Source: Octopus vulgaris
Taxonomy: Eukaryota
Assembly: GCA_951406725.2 (NCBI GenBank)
Contig: OX597836.1
Span: forward strand, 28,582,001 to 28,646,000
Direction: 5' to 3'
Length of the DNA: 64,000 bases
The notes under the pieces: model-generated
The model's input: the letters and a program-made list of their open reading frames with translations, nothing else
The model's database searches: none
Told to the model about the DNA's origin: nothing
Shown here: positions 1 through 64,000 of the stretch, in pieces
Layout: each line of letters opens with the position of its first letter
Numbering within the stretch: position 1 is the stretch's first letter
Translations under genes and position numbers: made by a program

Positions 1-301
1 AACACTGTTGTGCTCATTTTTCAAAATATATTTCTATTCATTTAAAATACTCAAATCATTACAGTTGAATGAAGTGATTGAGACCAGGTTGAAAATGTAC
101 ACACACACTCACATATGCATGCACATGCATTTATACACATACTTATATATTCACCTACACACATATGTACATACACACAATCATGCATCTATCTATCTAT
201 ATATGTATGTATTTATATACACACGTGCATCTATCTATATATGCGTGTATATGTATATATATATATATATATACATACACACATATATATTTTACATACG
301 T

Positions 302-375
<74 letters not shown>

Positions 376-667
376 GCACATGCACTTATTGTGAAGCAGA
401 AGGCATATAAACATGGTATATATATATATATGTATAAAAAATATATATAAAAATACAAAATGGGACAAGAACGCAAAACATTCAAATATACGACATATAT
501 ATATATATATATTATCATCATCATCATCATATATATATATATATATATATATTACAAAGTAGTGCACAGATGGACAATAATTTAGACTCCGACTCCTTCA
601 TCAAGGGCAAGAGTCTCTTGCATTCTGTTAACTTTGTAGAGTTAACAGATAGAACAACTCTTCATAC

Positions 668-60408
<59,741 letters not shown>

Positions 60409-60671
60409 CTGTTTTTAAAGAAACAGTGGATACAGAAATATATTTATAAATTATCAACAGAATATGGATAAGAATAAATAGAGCCACTGATATATATATA
60501 TACTCACGCATATATACACACACATACTTATATATATATAACGTACTGATCCATGATAGAAAATTCACCAAAAAAAGTTCTCCATCTGGTGAGAGATAAA
60601 TATTATTTATTTAAAGCTCATGATTCATGTGTTAAAGCACTTCTAATAGTTTCATATATTATTTTATTCTT

Positions 60672-60835
60672 TAGCTGAGCAAATCGGTCCCAAGACTTAG
60701 TCTTTGTAAGCCTAGTACTTATACTGTCAGTCTCTTTTGCCAAACTGCTAAGTTATAGGGATGTAAACACAACAACATTGGTTGTCACATGACTGTGTGT
60801 GTGTGTGGGGGGGGGGGACAAACATAAACACACCA

Positions 60836-60901
<66 letters not shown>

Positions 60902-61516
60902 TAGGAAGAAATGGAGCTGAATGAAGATTTAACAAAATTCCTTTTTATTATTTTCTACATATGTTTCAAAGGCTGCAAAGTCCCTAATTCGGATTGAATA
61001 AGGAGACCATTTTGCAGCCTTCTCTTCAGGAAAATCCAGGAACTTAATTCTCCAACAAAATGCACAGCAAGCTTTTCGACAAACGCTCACGAGGAGCCCA
61101 TGGGATAAATGGCACAAAAATATATAAAACTTCAAATTTCCACACTAAGGCATGGGTTTGAGACCCCATGGTCATAACCTCAACCGTGATTTTTCTGTTG
61201 TGATTTTTGCTACCCAGGTATCGGTTATCATTTGAATAATCCGTAACAAGTTAATTCATTTATCCATTTCAATAAATATAAGATCGGAAATCCACCTGAC
61301 AAATGTCATTTGAAGACATGAAACAATTGTAGTGGCGATTTATTTACTTTATATTAAAATTTTTTATGTATTGATTAAGTCTTTCCTTGTTTGATTTGCA
61401 AAATAGTGGTTTTGTCTCGAATTAATATTATATAATATTTTACTATAAAATTGGATTTAATCCTAAATCTGATTTTTTTCCCTGTAATTTTGGATTTATT
61501 CCCTAATATTTATTAT

Positions 61517-61554
<38 letters not shown>

Positions 61555-61717
61555 GATAGACTTCTTTCAGTTTCCATCTACTAAATCCACTCACAAGGCT
61601 TTGGTCAGCCTGAAGCTATAGTAGAAGACACTTGCCCAAGGTGCCACACAGTGGGACTGAACCCAGAATCATGTGGTTGGTAAGCAAGTTACTTACCACT
61701 CAGCCATTTCTGTGCCT
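60672..61717 (-). mobile_element. SINE family A split at its internal (TA)n by a hammerhead-bearing insertion of about 650 bp
   Basis: SINE tail at 60672-60842 and head at 61552-61717; the insert has (TA)n on both sides. Confidence 0.7.
61292..61335 (+). ncRNA. Hammerhead ribozyme relic (G8>A)
   Basis: ccac-CTGACAA-atgtc(atttgaa)gacat-GAAA-C(aatt)G-TA-gtgg. Confidence 0.7.
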
Positions 61718-62024
61718 GTATATTGAGAAATCTCAAACATATTCTTCAGACACAAACCACATATCATATCATTATGATATATGGTTTATGCCTGAAGAAT
61801 ATGAAGCTAGTAGTAGCACTTTAATACATGTATTATGACCTTTAGATAAATAATATATGTGTGTGTATGTATCTATATTCCCTCTGCTAGATACTTCAAA
61901 TTATGACAGTAAATTTGTCAGGTGTTCACTGATAAGACCAAATAAATAATGTTTGTAATCAGAATCTACATGCACACACATGCACACATACACATACATA
62001 CACACTTCTACACACATATATTGG

Positions 62025-62404
62025 AAGCACTCCGTCGGTTACGACAATGAGGGTTCCGGTTGATCCGAATCAACGGAACAGCCTGCTCGTGAAATTAACG
62101 TGTAAGTGGCTGAGCACTCCACAGACACGTGTACCCTTAACGTAGTTCTCGGGGATATTCAGCGTGACACAGAGAGTGACAAGGCCGGCCCTTTGAAATA
62201 CAGGTACAACAGAAACAGGAAGTAAGAGTGAGAGAAAGTTGTGGTGAAAGAGTACAGCAGGGATCACCACCATCCCCTGCCAGAGCCTCGTGGAGCTTTA
62301 GGTGTTTTCACTCAATAAACACTCACAACGCCCGGTCTGGGAATCGAAACCGCGATCCTATGACCGCGAGTCCGCTGCCCTAACCACTGGGCCATTGCGC
62401 CTCC
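62025..62404 (-). mobile_element. tRNA-derived SINE, family C-related
   Basis: Head ggaggcgcaatggcccagtggttaggg...ggtttcgattcc; related copies at 8844-9142, 36288-36480, 1930-2180 and 4715-5012. Confidence 0.8.
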
Positions 62405-64000
62405 ACACACATATATACATACACTCTCTCATATACATATAGAAATAAACACATAGAAACACTAACACATTTATAAAAATATACATGTATACAAATCCAT
62501 ACCTGTGAAACTACATAGATATATTACATACACTGCATAATTAAATATGGCTCTATATCTATATTGAGAGTTATGATGTAGGAGTTGAGAGCCCTAAAAG
62601 CATCTTGGTTGCATCTACAATACGTACCTTTGCTTATTGAACTGAAAAATGTGTCTATACATATAAAGGAATTATAAATGTGACAAGCCTGTGTGTATAA
62701 AATTAATGTGATGTAACATTATGGGATATAGATGTTAGGGGTGGAGTGCAGGTGGTTGTGCAAAAAATACAGTGAGTACAATGAGGAGTATATATAAGAA
62801 GTACAATGGAGTTATATATATAAACACATGAAGTATAATAAGAGTACATGTTATAACCCTGTTGAAAATCAATGAATTTGAAAAAAAAATATGCAGCATA
62901 AAATTTACTTTATGTACATGAGAAGAAAACCTGTAAAGGTACAAGATAGGATTTAAAGCAGGGAGCCAAAAGCAAATAAATGAAAAGGCAGAAAAGCATA
63001 GGCAAATATCATGTGAGTAATATAGGTAAATATCATGTGAGTAATATAGGGAAACTGTAAGTGCTGATAAGCCATGGGCTCCAGAGTTATTTAAAAAATG
63101 TGAACATGTACAGTATCATATAGTGAGTAACTTAAAAGAATTGTAGAATGAATTTTCTTTAGTGTGAGTAATCAATTCTCATTTAGAATTTAAAATTGTG
63201 GGGACAATCAAAGAAGGCAACTTGTGGACATTGATAGAGGCAGAATCAAAATTTAATCCTCAACCAGTCGATTTTGTAGTTTCAGATAAGCACATATGCA
63301 TATGAGAATACTTGATTTTGCATTTGTACATAAACATATGTAAATGTATGAGAGACCCTGTAACATTGCTAATTTACTGGTTTTTTTTTATATAGGTAAC
63401 AAATATGTCAAATCTCATCACTACTTTTTTGTCTCCACCACATCTGTATAAAATTTTTAAATATATTTTTTACAAACTTTTATATATGTTTGTATGTACA
63501 CCTGATTATACCGTGAGTTGGTTGAACAATAATGGGAGGCAATATACCTTCCTGCGGAGATAAATATCAGAGGATCTGTTGGAACTAGGATTGACTTAAT
63601 GTTCTGGAGTCTTGGACAAGCTGTGATGAGACAAAAGAAGTCAGAAAATTGCTGGAAGCTGCTGTGAAAGCAAACCATTAAATCAGGCTCATGAGAGAGG
63701 TTGTGTGTTACGGCAAGAATGAGCACTTTGGATAGTGGAAACATCTCAGCCCAGAGTTGCAATATCTGACTCAACAAAACCTGTGCTGCTGTGTGGGAGT
63801 TTCTGGAGAGTTCTGGTGTTGCAATGGAAGGGATTAAAACACCCTGATGAGATATCAATTTCTGTATTTGGAGACTGAGTACTGCTGCTCCCTTCCACAC
63901 ATGAGTGTTTTATCCTAAATGGAAAAATGTTTATGTAGATATGTGGAGGTGTGTGGCTTAGTAGTTAGGCTGTTGCATTCTTGATTGCTAGTTCGTGGGT

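Noticed and set aside
8-567. Long YI/HT/CV-repeat ORFs here and at 27383-29080, 45765-46315 and elsewhere
   Set aside because: They are translations of TA/CA/TG microsatellites, which lack stop codons.
63457-63900. 147-aa minus-strand ORF as an upstream exon
   Set aside because: No recognisable domain or convincing splice sites; more likely decayed repeat sequence.

Overview
AT-rich, microsatellite- and SINE-saturated animal genomic DNA. The repeat families suggest an octopus or other coleoid cephalopod (inference). One minus-strand gene spans the window. I traced 25 GT-AG exons by hand (60408 down to 668; 3756 nt, about 1252 aa, frame continuous across every junction). They encode a mosaic S1 serine protease: LDLa-SRCR-LDLa-LDLa-SRCR-like-[protease, intact His/Asp/Ser]-LDLa-MAM-(LDLa+linker)x10. 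No start or stop codon was located, so the gene is incomplete at both ends. The protease domain is internal, has a Phe|VQYG activation site and has Pro rather than Asp at position 189. The introns hold tRNA-derived SINEs, CR1, RTE and Tx1-like LINE pieces, a decayed Gypsy element, Tc1/mariner, hAT and piggyBac-type MITEs, a Helitron and Penelope-like fragments. They also contain about nine minimal type I hammerhead-ribozyme motifs, several with unusually long stem II inserts. Two of these lie in the arms of a perfect 261-bp inverted repeat. Repeat boundaries are approximate and exon boundaries were read by eye.
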